Shown here in pieces: positions 1-8,887 of a DNA stretch of 64,000 nt. Under the pieces are notes generated by a model that searched no databases, was not told where the DNA came from, and saw only the letters and a list, made by a program, of their open reading frames with translations. Made by a program: the position numbers and the translations under genes. How positions within the stretch are numbered: position 1 is the first letter of the stretch; the number at the start of each line of letters is the position of its first letter. Origin of the DNA: Candidatus Heimdallarchaeota archaeon (GTDB lineage Archaea > Asgardarchaeota > Heimdallarchaeia > Heimdallarchaeales > Heimdallarchaeaceae); assembly GCA_021399345.1 (NCBI GenBank), contig JAAFKI010000124.1, positions 29,521 to 93,520 on the forward strand, in the 5' to 3' direction.

Positions 1-973
1 TACCTGGCGTGGACTCAATTGATAAAATTAGGAAACCCCAATTGTTTAACACTCCTATAATTGATGCCGTCCCAAGTAAAGGTAAAATAATTCCTCGTCT
101 GCGTTTATTTGTCATCATTCGCCAAGATGTGGCTAATTCTTTCTTTACACTGTACTTTTCTTCCTTTACAACTGATTTAGTTTTATCAATCATGAAGTAA
201 ACAACAACAGCCGATATAATTATCGCGAAACCAAAAAGAAGATAAATATATGCTAATCTTTCTGGATTTACTGGATCCCAGAAATTAATGAATTGACTTG
301 CTGTAATTTCATCAAGTCCAAAAACAATTCTGTTTTTACCTCTATACAATCTAACTTTCTCATCAATCCCCACAATTTTATCATAAAGTAATCCAGCAAG
401 GATAACACCAACTGAACGACCACCAGTAACAGCAACATTATAAAATCCAATCCTAGTTGCTCGGTTTTCATAAACAGAGAATCTAGAGATGTAACCGTAA
501 GAAGCATTTACTTTACACGATCCAGCTAAACCATGAAGGAAATGATAAAGACTCATACCAAAAATCAGTAACCCATTTGTTAAGGGAATTATTCCTATCC
601 ATCCGAGCCAATTTAATGCGCAAATTCCATAGCCACCTAGAATCAACCCTCCAGCTGCAGTACCGAATAAAATCCACCTTTTAGCATCTGAAGTATCTGA
701 TTTGAAACCAAAATACCCTGAACTAAAAATAACAGCAAGTGCATAGGTTATTTCAACTACAATCACAGAAATATTGGCTGCCCAACCCTCCATACCCAAG
801 TGCTCCCAAATGAAGATTGGCATTAAAACAGTAGTACTACCAAATGCTACACGTAAAAAGAAAGTTGATATCAAAATACCAATAAGAGATAAGTTTGGAT
901 GAGGAAGTTTATACAAACCCTCTTCGCTCTCAGTAGAAGAATCAGAGTTTGTTTTTAGTGCATCTTTACTCAT
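1..973 (-). CDS. MFS-like polytopic membrane transporter; C-terminal part lies beyond the window edge
   Basis: Absent from the ORF track because it runs off the window. My reverse translation from ATG at 973 reads MSKDALKTNSDSSTESEEGLYKLPHPNLSLIGILISTFFLRVAFG... I checked nt 2-300 codon by codon and found no in-frame stop. It contains successive hydrophobic helices, e.g. GGRSVGVILAGLLYDK and AYIYLLFGFAIIISAVVVYFMIDK. The family call is by general appearance only. Confidence 0.55.
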   Translation of the reverse strand, partial: MSKDALKTNSDSSTESEEGLYKLPHPNLSLIGILISTFFLRVAFGSTTVLMPIFIWEHLGMEGWAANISVIVVEITYALAVIFSSGYFGFKSDTSDAKRWILFGTAAGGLILGGYGICALNWLGWIGIIPLTNGLLIFGMSLYHFLHGLAGSCKVNASYGYISRFSVYENRATRIGFYNVAVTGGRSVGVILAGLLYDKIVGIDEKVRLYRGKNRIVFGLDEITASQFINFWDPVNPERLAYIYLLFGFAIIISAVVVYFMIDKTKSVVKEEKYSVKKELATSWRMMTNKRRRGIILPLLGTASIIGVLNNWGFLILSIESTPG

Positions 974-1081
974 ATTGACTTATCCCGCAATTAATGAAGA
1001 AAAGAGTGTGTGAGTGATATTAAAATTTATGGTTTAAATGTAGGTAAGAGCTCATTAAAATTTGAATAAAATTCTTTGAGT

Positions 1082-1095
1082 TAATCAATTGATTA
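1082..1095. promoter_or_regulatory. Perfect 14-bp palindrome TAATCAATTGATTA in a divergent intergenic region; candidate operator
   Basis: Read directly from the sequence: the reverse complement equals the sequence. It lies between the divergent transporter gene and the small-regulator/wHTH gene pair. AT-rich palindromes of this size can arise by chance in this composition. Confidence 0.2.
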
Positions 1096-1216
1096 TAAAA
1101 ACGAAATAGCTTATTGTCACACGCAGTAGCGTAAAGTATTTAAGAAAGGCATAAAGTATTTAATATTGTAGTTACATAAAGTAATCAATAATAGTTATAG
1201 ATGGAGAATAAAAAAA

Positions 1217-1645
1217 ATGAGCAGCGAAAAGCAATCAGTAACGATCGCAAAGATGGTGAAATTAGAGGCTGAAAAGCCAATTGAACTACCAGAAGAATTC
1301 TTATCAGCCCTTAAACCAGATGGCAAAACATTTGCAGTACTTATATTAGCACCAAATACAAGAATTATTAGAATCATTCCAACAAGTACAAATGAGGTTG
1401 CTAAGATTAACATCAACATCGGAAAACTCTCTCCTGACTTCCTTCGTAAAATGGGATCTATCTTCATCAGGCTCGGTATTAAGACACTGTACAGTACAGG
1501 TTTATGTTTTACCCAAAGTGCCTGCGTTTACGAGGGCTACATAGATTCTGATGAACTTAAAGAAGTCAGCATTGACCAAATTAAGGATGAACTTGAGAGA
1601 ATCGAAGGCGTTTCGAGTGTCGAAGTTGATGCCTTAACTGCCTAG
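1217..1645 (+). CDS. Hypothetical small protein; possible AbrB/SpoVT-like N-terminus plus ACT-like C-terminal half
   Basis: 142-aa ORF with a GGAG-containing purine-rich stretch (atggagaat) about 15 nt upstream of the start. The N-terminal part (VKLEAEKPIELPEEFLSALKPDGKTFAVLILAPNTRIIRIIP) looks like a swapped-hairpin DNA binder. The C-terminal part (IGKLSPDFLRKMGSIFIRLGIKTLYSTG...) looks like a small ligand-binding beta-alpha-beta domain. This is impression only. Confidence 0.6.
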   Translation: MSSEKQSVTIAKMVKLEAEKPIELPEEFLSALKPDGKTFAVLILAPNTRIIRIIPTSTNEVAKININIGKLSPDFLRKMGSIFIRLGIKTLYSTGLCFTQSACVYEGYIDSDELKEVSIDQIKDELERIEGVSSVEVDALTA

Positions 1646-1659
1646 AGGAGCGAACCGTC

Positions 1660-2373
1660 TTGGTTCGACGGAGAGTAAAGGAAAAACGTCTCACTTTGCT
1701 TCTCCATCCATTGCGTAGAGAGATTTACCGTCTTGTGTGTGAGACTCCAGGGGCATATTTTTTTGAATTATCTAGTGCTTTAACTGCACCGCATGGTACT
1801 ATTAATTGGCATTTAAGAAAGCTAGAAGAATCTATGCTTATTAAATCTACTAAATTTGGTGGAAAAAGAGTTTATTTTTCTAGAACTTTACGTTCTGAAG
1901 ATGTCGAAAAAGCCTTTGTTGTTCTCAAGCATTCTACAGCAAGGAAAATCTTTGCTTACATTTTGAATAACGAAGGATGTCATCAAACTCTAATAGCTAA
2001 ATCCTTAGGAATTCATCATGACACAGTTCGTCATCACACAGATAGAATGGTACAAGCTAATTTAATATCAAAATTTAGCGTAGGTAGAAAAACTTGCTAT
2101 AAGCTGGATGAAGTGGGTATAAAAATACAAGAAGAAAGTATCAATACTATCTCCAATACATATGTAGCTGCTTTAATGGATATCCTTGAAGAAAATTGTT
2201 TACATCCAGAAATAGAGGAAGTTTCCAAGGATCATTTGACAGTTAGGATAGAATGTCCAGGATCAACTGATGCAACTTTTACAATATCTCTTTCTCAGTG
2301 GACATTTGATGAAGAATGGGAGGAAACTGTACAAATAGATGGTGAAAAAGAAAAAGTTGAGGAAGCAACTTAA
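1660..2373 (+). CDS. Transcriptional regulator with two winged-helix (ArsR-like) domains
   Basis: Two wHTH-like segments: LRREIYRLVCETPGAYFFELSSALTAPHGTINWHLRKLEESMLIK and ARKIFAYILNNEGCHQTLIAKSLGIHHDTVRHHTDRMVQANLISK. TTG start 15 nt after the preceding stop. A T-run follows the stop. Confidence 0.7.
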   Translation: MVRRRVKEKRLTLLLHPLRREIYRLVCETPGAYFFELSSALTAPHGTINWHLRKLEESMLIKSTKFGGKRVYFSRTLRSEDVEKAFVVLKHSTARKIFAYILNNEGCHQTLIAKSLGIHHDTVRHHTDRMVQANLISKFSVGRKTCYKLDEVGIKIQEESINTISNTYVAALMDILEENCLHPEIEEVSKDHLTVRIECPGSTDATFTISLSQWTFDEEWEETVQIDGEKEKVEEAT

Positions 2374-2471
2374 TCTAGAAACATTTTTTTTGTTTTTCCG
2401 TTAGTTTTAATTTCTATCATTAAAATACTTTTATAAGGGAATTTGTCACATAATCTTAAGGAGTGTTAGAC

Positions 2472-3485
2472 ATGAGTTCTAAGGAGAAAACCAAATCTCG
2501 AAAGAGCACAAAGACTTCAAAAACTAGTTTGAAAACGATTTCAACAAAAATTAATGAAATTTACACTAATATGAGTAAAGTGATTGTAGGGCAAAAGGAA
2601 GTAATTAACGCGATGATTACAGCTGTTTTAGCAGACGGTCACGTTTTACTTGAAGGTGTACCAGGAATAGCAAAGACCTTAATGGTTAGAGCACTTGCAA
2701 AAGCAATATCAGCAGATTTCAAAAGAATACAATTCACACCAGATCTGATGCCTTCTGATGTTACAGGAGTAATGGCCTATAAACCAGAAACGGGAGATTT
2801 TTACTTCAAGGAAGGACCGGTATTTACAAACTTGTTACTAGCAGACGAAATTAACAGAGCACCACCAAAAACACAGGCAGCAATGTTAGAGAGCATGCAG
2901 GAAAAACAAGTAACAATAGAAAAGCAAACAACAGCTCTGCCTGATCCATTCATAGTTTTTGCGACTCAGAATCCAATTGAAACTGAGGGGACGTATCCTT
3001 TACCTGAAGCCCAGATTGACAGATTTGCATTCAAGGTTTTAGTTTCCTATCCAGCTGAAGATGAGGAAACTGAGATAGTCAATCGGTTCACTGGAGAATA
3101 TGATTCTTATGATAAACTTGAGGATATTATTCCAGTAATGACTGCTGAGGAAGTAATAAGTTTACAAAAGGTTGTTAGAAAAGAAGTTAGTATTTCTGAA
3201 GAGCTTTCTAAGTATATTGTTAGAATTGTTACTTTAACTAGAGAAAGTGATGAGGTTTACATGGGTGCTAGTCCTCGAGCTAGTCTTTGGATGACCATCT
3301 CAGCTAAAGCATCGGCAGCTATGGATGGAAGAAATTATGTTAATCCTCTTGATATTCAGAAAGTTGCTAAAAATGTTCTTCGTCACAGAGTTCTCATTAA
3401 ACCCGAGTATGAATTCGACGGGACCACTTCAGAGATAATTATTGACAGGATTCTAAAGCATACTCCCGCGCCAAGCATTCAATAA
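2472..3485 (+). CDS. moxR: MoxR-family AAA+ ATPase
   Basis: Walker [12 protein letters not shown], Walker B plus sensor [28 protein letters not shown], and GASPRAS. Length is typical for the family. I prefer ATG at 2472 (AAGGAG 10 nt upstream) over the GTG at 2463 used by the ORF track. Confidence 0.9.
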   Translation: MSSKEKTKSRKSTKTSKTSLKTISTKINEIYTNMSKVIVGQKEVINAMITAVLADGHVLLEGVPGIAKTLMVRALAKAISADFKRIQFTPDLMPSDVTGVMAYKPETGDFYFKEGPVFTNLLLADEINRAPPKTQAAMLESMQEKQVTIEKQTTALPDPFIVFATQNPIETEGTYPLPEAQIDRFAFKVLVSYPAEDEETEIVNRFTGEYDSYDKLEDIIPVMTAEEVISLQKVVRKEVSISEELSKYIVRIVTLTRESDEVYMGASPRASLWMTISAKASAAMDGRNYVNPLDIQKVAKNVLRHRVLIKPEYEFDGTTSEIIIDRILKHTPAPSIQ

Positions 3486-3500
3486 TAGAGATTGAGATAC

Positions 3501-5675
3501 ATGAAGCTAAATCGTAAGTATTTCTTACTACTCGTTATATGTTTAGAAATGGTTATGTTAGTTGGTGGAAGCACCTACATTATCAATGCTAAAACCAATA
3601 ATGTGGTCGCACAAGAAACTGATTTCACAGTCGTAATTTCTAAAGATCAGTACTATTTCAAAAACGATACAATGAGAACAGATGGCTATATCTATTGGGT
3701 TGACTTAAACTCTCCTGGTGGATACCTAACCATCTTTGGGAATACTTCCGATATGTATGAAATCTCTTTTTGGGACGGCTTAGGTGATATGAATGAAGGT
3801 CAAGACTATGAACTTGAACCTGACAGAATAAGGGTGTATCCAAGAACAACTGGTTTAAATTATAAAATTAGGAGCAATTATTATCCTGATTATTTCCTTG
3901 ATACCAATTTTGTAGTAATATTTGACACCTTTTGGGCTCAATTCAGTTATCTAACACCAGATGGAGATGAAAGATATGCTCCAGTAACCTATCACAATAA
4001 ACAATTATTACCTGAGGATGCTGGTCTAGTAAGTTTTGCTCCCACAGATAATGCAATAATTGTTAAAGAGGGCGACTCATTTGGAATAACATGGGATTAT
4101 GAAGAAAGAGCTATGGATCCATTCCATGAACCATTGACATATGAAGTTACTTACAATTTTGATCCAATTTATTTACAGTTTACAGAACAGATGTTCGAAA
4201 ACCAATCTCAACAACAAGAGATTGAACAAGTTGAGAGCTTGTTAAATCTATTACAAATTTACTTCAAACTTATTGCATTTATTGCGATAGCAATTAGCAT
4301 ATTTGCTGCACTTTTTGGTTATTTAAGAGCTAAAAGGAAATTCAAATCCAAGCTCAATGAAGCACGAAGTATGCCAAAAAAGATGTTAAAAGATATTGAA
4401 GCTGAAATAGACCCCCGGAAAAGAGTATCATCGCTCTTCAACGCTTTCTTTATTTTACTTTTAATCTCTCCAGCACTTTATACGAATCAGCAGATAACAA
4501 CCGATATGGATGTTGTAGCAAATAATAAAATGGTTACAATCGAGGGATATACCCCCATCATGTCAGGTGAAAGAGATATTAGGTATGAATCCTCTATCGA
4601 ACTGGGAGCGGATGGAATTGCATTTGAGACAGTTATTATGGAATTACCTTTTACAGTGGATAATTTCAGTATTTGGGCCGATACAGGTTCAGTTTTAGAA
4701 TTCAGAGCATATAATGAATTTCATGCTCCCCTATCTTACCAACAATTCAGCGATAAATATGTAATAAGAAATCTTCAAGGATTTATTGAGTATGAAATAG
4801 TACGACCTTATACATACTATAACAACAGCAACATCTTAGTATATCTTGATTATTTCTGGTTATTATTCGTTGATCCAGAATTGCAAGAAGAATCTCAACC
4901 ACCAATTTATTCAAAGGCAGATATCAAATTTACAGTAATTGTTCCAGAGGGGGCAATATTATACAGTGCATCACCTGAAAGCATTCTAACTCTAAGTCAA
5001 ACTCCAGAAGGTAGAAGAAAAGTAACTTTCACCGATGAAGATAGAGATATCGATCCTTATCATGATTTGTTCTCAACACAGATTACATATTCGTTTATTG
5101 ATGTAATTGAAGCAATAGAAAATCAATCTGCCAGATTTGAACACTTCAGAGTTGAAACAAAAATATCTGAAGAACAGAGGGCTTCTTTAAGTAGAAATCT
5201 TATATTTATCAGTTTATTAGGTTTAATTGCACCTATTCTAGCTTTTCTTTTAACATATTTTATTGTTCGAAGAAGAATGTTAAGAAAAATTCAAGAAGAG
5301 GAGCAAAAATATGAAATGCTTGTTTCAGTTGAAGAAATACAATTGCAGGCTATGAATAGAGCTAAGGAAATAGATGCAGCATCAGAACCATGGAAAGCAA
5401 TGTTGGGTGAGTACTGGGAATTATTAGGATATATTAGCAGGATTGTACCAGTAAACTTACTAGCAGCGCCTGAAGAGCTCCATGAGAGGACTGTCAGACA
5501 ATATATTCCTGCTAACCTTATCACTGAGACTTTAGAGATTCTCTCAGTAGGGGGAGCCCTTTCAAACAGTTGGATAAGTAATGAGCAAATCTACTATAAT
5601 AAACAACAAGCTCGAGATTATTTAGAATCCGTAATGAAATTAATCGAAAAAATAGAAAAATGGAGAAAAGATTAA
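3501..5675 (+). CDS. Membrane protein with an internally duplicated ectodomain (two ~250-aa repeats, each followed by a TM helix) and a helical cytoplasmic tail
   Basis: N-terminal signal/anchor LLLVICLEMVMLVGG. Repeat 1 contains VVIFDTFWAQFSYLTPDG...PEDAGLVSFAPTDNAIIVKEGDSFGITWDYEERAMDPFHEPLTYEVTYNF. Repeat 2 contains LVYLDYFWLLFVDPEL...PEGAILYSASPESILTLSQTPEGRRKVTFTDEDRDIDPYHDLFSTQITYSF. TM helices: IAFIAIAISIFAALFGYL, FNAFFILLLISPALY and LIFISLLGLIAPILAFLLTYFIV. I prefer ATG 3501 over TTG 3492. Confidence 0.75.
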   Translation: MKLNRKYFLLLVICLEMVMLVGGSTYIINAKTNNVVAQETDFTVVISKDQYYFKNDTMRTDGYIYWVDLNSPGGYLTIFGNTSDMYEISFWDGLGDMNEGQDYELEPDRIRVYPRTTGLNYKIRSNYYPDYFLDTNFVVIFDTFWAQFSYLTPDGDERYAPVTYHNKQLLPEDAGLVSFAPTDNAIIVKEGDSFGITWDYEERAMDPFHEPLTYEVTYNFDPIYLQFTEQMFENQSQQQEIEQVESLLNLLQIYFKLIAFIAIAISIFAALFGYLRAKRKFKSKLNEARSMPKKMLKDIEAEIDPRKRVSSLFNAFFILLLISPALYTNQQITTDMDVVANNKMVTIEGYTPIMSGERDIRYESSIELGADGIAFETVIMELPFTVDNFSIWADTGSVLEFRAYNEFHAPLSYQQFSDKYVIRNLQGFIEYEIVRPYTYYNNSNILVYLDYFWLLFVDPELQEESQPPIYSKADIKFTVIVPEGAILYSASPESILTLSQTPEGRRKVTFTDEDRDIDPYHDLFSTQITYSFIDVIEAIENQSARFEHFRVETKISEEQRASLSRNLIFISLLGLIAPILAFLLTYFIVRRRMLRKIQEEEQKYEMLVSVEEIQLQAMNRAKEIDAASEPWKAMLGEYWELLGYISRIVPVNLLAAPEELHERTVRQYIPANLITETLEILSVGGALSNSWISNEQIYYNKQQARDYLESVMKLIEKIEKWRKD

Positions 5676-6352
5676 AAATGAAAACTAAATCAAAAATCTT
5701 CTATTTTATGTTGATATCGCTTCTTATCGCGAGTATATTTCCAGTTTATCATTCAGTTGGGCAAGAAGGTGTGTATACTTCCCCCACATATTCATTTGAA
5801 ATAGATGAAAATACTAATTTCACTGTCGTTTCTCAAGCCCCTCTTACTTGGCAACAAAATCAATATGAAAATATAACAGTCACAATAAAAACTACAGGAT
5901 TAGCAGTAGGTGAGAATCTCTCATTAACTTTGGTTTCTTTCTTTTTTAATTATCCAGAAGATCCAGTTCCTCACTCATCTGGTTCAAAAATAATAAACCA
6001 GAATCTTACACAAATAGATCAAACCTATGAATTTAATAGAACATTTATCCCACCAGATGAAGATAGATTCAATATTACTATCAAGATTATTGCTAATAGT
6101 ACTGGAATTCCTGTTGCTCAGGAGTTTTTTGCTCAATTCCCAGGAGATGAGCCATATATTGAAGTTAAAAAAAGCAAAGCTTTACCCGTAATCAACCTTC
6201 CAGGCTTTCCTGATCCACAGACTTTTGCTAGATGGATATTCATTTTTCTTGTAATTATTGGGATTATATCACTACCATCTATCTTTGTAGCTTATACGAA
6301 AATCCAGGAAACGGTGAAAGGTAGAAAAAAGAAAGGAGAAGATGAGAAATGA
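5660..6352 (+). CDS. Small surface protein with N-terminal signal/anchor and C-terminal TM anchor; unknown family
   Basis: N-terminus KIFYFMLISLLIASIFPVY. The sequon-rich middle has NFT, NIT, NLS, NLT, NRT, NIT and NST. C-terminus WIFIFLVIIGIISLPSIFVAY followed by KGRKKKGEDEK. It overlaps the upstream gene end; an alternative ATG is at 5678. Confidence 0.65.
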   Translation: MEKRLKMKTKSKIFYFMLISLLIASIFPVYHSVGQEGVYTSPTYSFEIDENTNFTVVSQAPLTWQQNQYENITVTIKTTGLAVGENLSLTLVSFFFNYPEDPVPHSSGSKIINQNLTQIDQTYEFNRTFIPPDEDRFNITIKIIANSTGIPVAQEFFAQFPGDEPYIEVKKSKALPVINLPGFPDPQTFARWIFIFLVIIGIISLPSIFVAYTKIQETVKGRKKKGEDEK

Positions 6353-7941
6353 GTTCTGAAGAAACTACAACTCCACTTGAAAGATCTATGAAGAAGATGG
6401 ATGTTCTAATGAGATCGTTTGGACTGAGGACAAGGGTATTCAAAGGCACATCTAGAGCAGTAGTAAAGGGCACACGAAAACTCTATCCTTATGAGTTAAA
6501 TGCCACATTAGTAGAGACAGCTAGAGGAGTTGGAATTCGCGTTAGACTTGAAAAGATCTGGTACACATTCCTCAAACTCACCCCATTCTTTATCGTTATA
6601 CTCTTTTCAATTTTACAAGCAACAGTTCCTGCAGCAGGAGAAAGTATTGCAAGTGCTACAGGAGTAAATTTGTTTTTACTTCTTTTAGGAACAAATTCAA
6701 ATGGCTTAGGTATTTGGATAGCACTACCTATTATAGGATTAATAGTTGTTGGTGCAGAAATTCTAGAAAGAATCATTCGTGCAAAATATATTCAAGATCG
6801 AATGCCTAGATTTCTCAGTGGAGCTGAGTGGACAGTTGCTGAACCACCAGTAGTTCTAGATCTCATTGGTTCCGCAAATAATCTATTTTGGTTAATGTAT
6901 GTTGTACTAATTATTAGCTTTGCACCGATATCCTTCCATGGGGATATATTTGCTAAATTCTTAGAAGTATATGAAGTAGATGCGGGAGCATTGATTGAAA
7001 CTACAAAGTTTATTTCAATCCTGAATATAGGCTTTTTAGGGGGACTTTTGTTTGCAGTTCTTTATCAAAACTATGAAAAATTTAGAGGTAGTCTCGATAG
7101 ACAACAGCTAAGACAGGATATCAAATTTGAGAGCCAAACAAGACAAATGTTTCAGATTGCAATCGGAGCAACAATGTTTGCAACACTAATGCTAGTTGGA
7201 TATTATTTCACATTTTGGTCAGGAATTACTGTGACTCAGGTTTTGATATTTTATGCTGTTACTATAATATCAAGTGTTCTTGGTGTATGGTTATTCTGGC
7301 AAAAAGAAGGCTATATCTTCATCACAATGGCGATTTGGTTCTTCCTAAGTGCGGTTGTAATGATTTTTATGAATGCCAACAATCCATCTTATTCATGGAT
7401 GATTATTTGTAACTTGTTCCTTATTGTTCTAGTAGTAGTTTTATCTCTGAATAGATATTTTACGAAAAATTTGGAAAAGAAAGGAATTCATGAACCAAGC
7501 TGGATGTATAACCTCTTCCCATTATTTGCATTTATTTCAGTACTCATCAAAAAGAAGGTTAGAATATCAAGAGGTGTGGATAAAGAACTTGATGAGATTC
7601 TAGAAGAGGAAATGAAGGATAGAGTAAAAGAGAAAGAACCGCTAGTTATCGACATGGGTAAAGTTAAGAAGAAAGGAAAAGAATCTATAAAAATTATTCA
7701 AACCTATCAAAAAATACTCTCAAGAATTGTCAAGGGTGAGGTTAACATTGTGTCTCTTGTCGGTCTTAATAATCTTGTTTTAGATATAATTAAAGACGAT
7801 AAGAAATTACACAAGGAAGCAATTCAAGTTTTCAAAGTAGTAGATAGTTTACTTTGGGATGATAATTATGTTTTGAAACAAGGTGAAACTATTCTGACTT
7901 CTGCAACAAACATCTATGAAGAACTTGTAAAACAAAGGTGA
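6349..7941 (+). CDS. Polytopic membrane protein with ~70-aa N-terminal and ~130-aa charged C-terminal soluble regions; unknown family
   Basis: ATGA start/stop overlap with the upstream gene. There are many hydrophobic helices, e.g. LTPFFIVILFSILQ, GIWIALPIIGLIVVGAEIL, FWLMYVVLIISFAPI, VLIFYAVTIISSVLGVWLFW and IFITMAIWFFLSAVVMIF. The tail is K/E-rich. Confidence 0.7.
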   Translation: MSSEETTTPLERSMKKMDVLMRSFGLRTRVFKGTSRAVVKGTRKLYPYELNATLVETARGVGIRVRLEKIWYTFLKLTPFFIVILFSILQATVPAAGESIASATGVNLFLLLLGTNSNGLGIWIALPIIGLIVVGAEILERIIRAKYIQDRMPRFLSGAEWTVAEPPVVLDLIGSANNLFWLMYVVLIISFAPISFHGDIFAKFLEVYEVDAGALIETTKFISILNIGFLGGLLFAVLYQNYEKFRGSLDRQQLRQDIKFESQTRQMFQIAIGATMFATLMLVGYYFTFWSGITVTQVLIFYAVTIISSVLGVWLFWQKEGYIFITMAIWFFLSAVVMIFMNANNPSYSWMIICNLFLIVLVVVLSLNRYFTKNLEKKGIHEPSWMYNLFPLFAFISVLIKKKVRISRGVDKELDEILEEEMKDRVKEKEPLVIDMGKVKKKGKESIKIIQTYQKILSRIVKGEVNIVSLVGLNNLVLDIIKDDKKLHKEAIQVFKVVDSLLWDDNYVLKQGETILTSATNIYEELVKQR

Positions 7942-7945
7942 AATA

Positions 7946-8887
7946 ATGTCAGTAGCAGGTGAACCAAAAACTGTGAAAGAGAAGAAAGATAGCGTTAAAA
8001 TACCTCTGAAGAAGCTAAGGAGATTGGAGATTCTTGCCAAAGAAAAAACTACTAGCTTCCTTCAAGGACATAGACGATCCATCTTTCGAGGACCTGGTAC
8101 TGAATATGCAGATTTAAGAGAGTATATTGAGGGTGATGATCTCAGATTTGTAGATTGGAATGCTTCATCCAGAGTTCCTTTCAAATTGATAGTTAGGGAC
8201 TATGAACAAGAGAGGAATACAAATGTCATATTAATGTTAGATACTAGTTATTCTATGTTACTGGGTGAACCAAATCCCAGAATTAAAATGGCAGTAGAAG
8301 CAATAGCCACCCTTGCATATACTGTTATGAATAACAGAGATAATTTTGGATGGGTTTCTTTCTCAGAAAAAATACACAAATATATTCCTGCTAGAGGTGG
8401 AAAAACACACCTTTATCATATTTTTAATGAAATGTTGAAGATTGCTCCATTTGGTAGCACAAATATAGGCGAAACTGTAAAAGAAATTGCTTTAGCTCAG
8501 AAGAGAAGATCGATTATAATAATACTTACCGACCTTCATGGCAATCTTGAGGAAGCAATGGATGGGTTCAAGGTTGCCAATGTTAAGCATCACGATTTTA
8601 AACTGTTTCATATTCATGATCCTGAAGAATTTTTATTTCCTAAAAACCCTAGACAAGTAAAATACCAAGATCCTGAAACAGGAGAAATAAAAACAGTTAA
8701 TTTGAGTAATTTACTTGAAAGAGGAAAGTTCATGTATGAGCTCGGCCTCGAGATTAGAAAAATTAATGAATTTAAGCGAAAGGTTAGAGGTTTAAATATA
8801 GAAGTGATAGATGCGCCAACAACTGTTCTAACAGAAAAATTATTGCTTACTTATTTTGGTTCAAAGAGGAGAGGACTAGTAAGATGA
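7946..8887 (+). CDS. DUF58-family protein (vWA-like fold, MIDAS motif present); the classical MoxR partner
   Basis: Hallmark RGPGTEYADLREYIEGDDLRFVDWNASSRVPFKLIVRDYEQERNTNVILMLDTSYSM, where DTSYS matches DxSxS. Later IIIILTDLHG. It starts 4 nt after the previous stop. Confidence 0.88.
   Translation: MSVAGEPKTVKEKKDSVKIPLKKLRRLEILAKEKTTSFLQGHRRSIFRGPGTEYADLREYIEGDDLRFVDWNASSRVPFKLIVRDYEQERNTNVILMLDTSYSMLLGEPNPRIKMAVEAIATLAYTVMNNRDNFGWVSFSEKIHKYIPARGGKTHLYHIFNEMLKIAPFGSTNIGETVKEIALAQKRRSIIIILTDLHGNLEEAMDGFKVANVKHHDFKLFHIHDPEEFLFPKNPRQVKYQDPETGEIKTVNLSNLLERGKFMYELGLEIRKINEFKRKVRGLNIEVIDAPTTVLTEKLLLTYFGSKRRGLVR

Noticed and set aside
9-507. ORF-track entries 9-200 (+) and 268-507 (-)
   Set aside because: Both are contained in, or out of frame with, the longer open minus-strand frame running from 973 to the window edge. 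That frame encodes a coherent multi-helix membrane protein.
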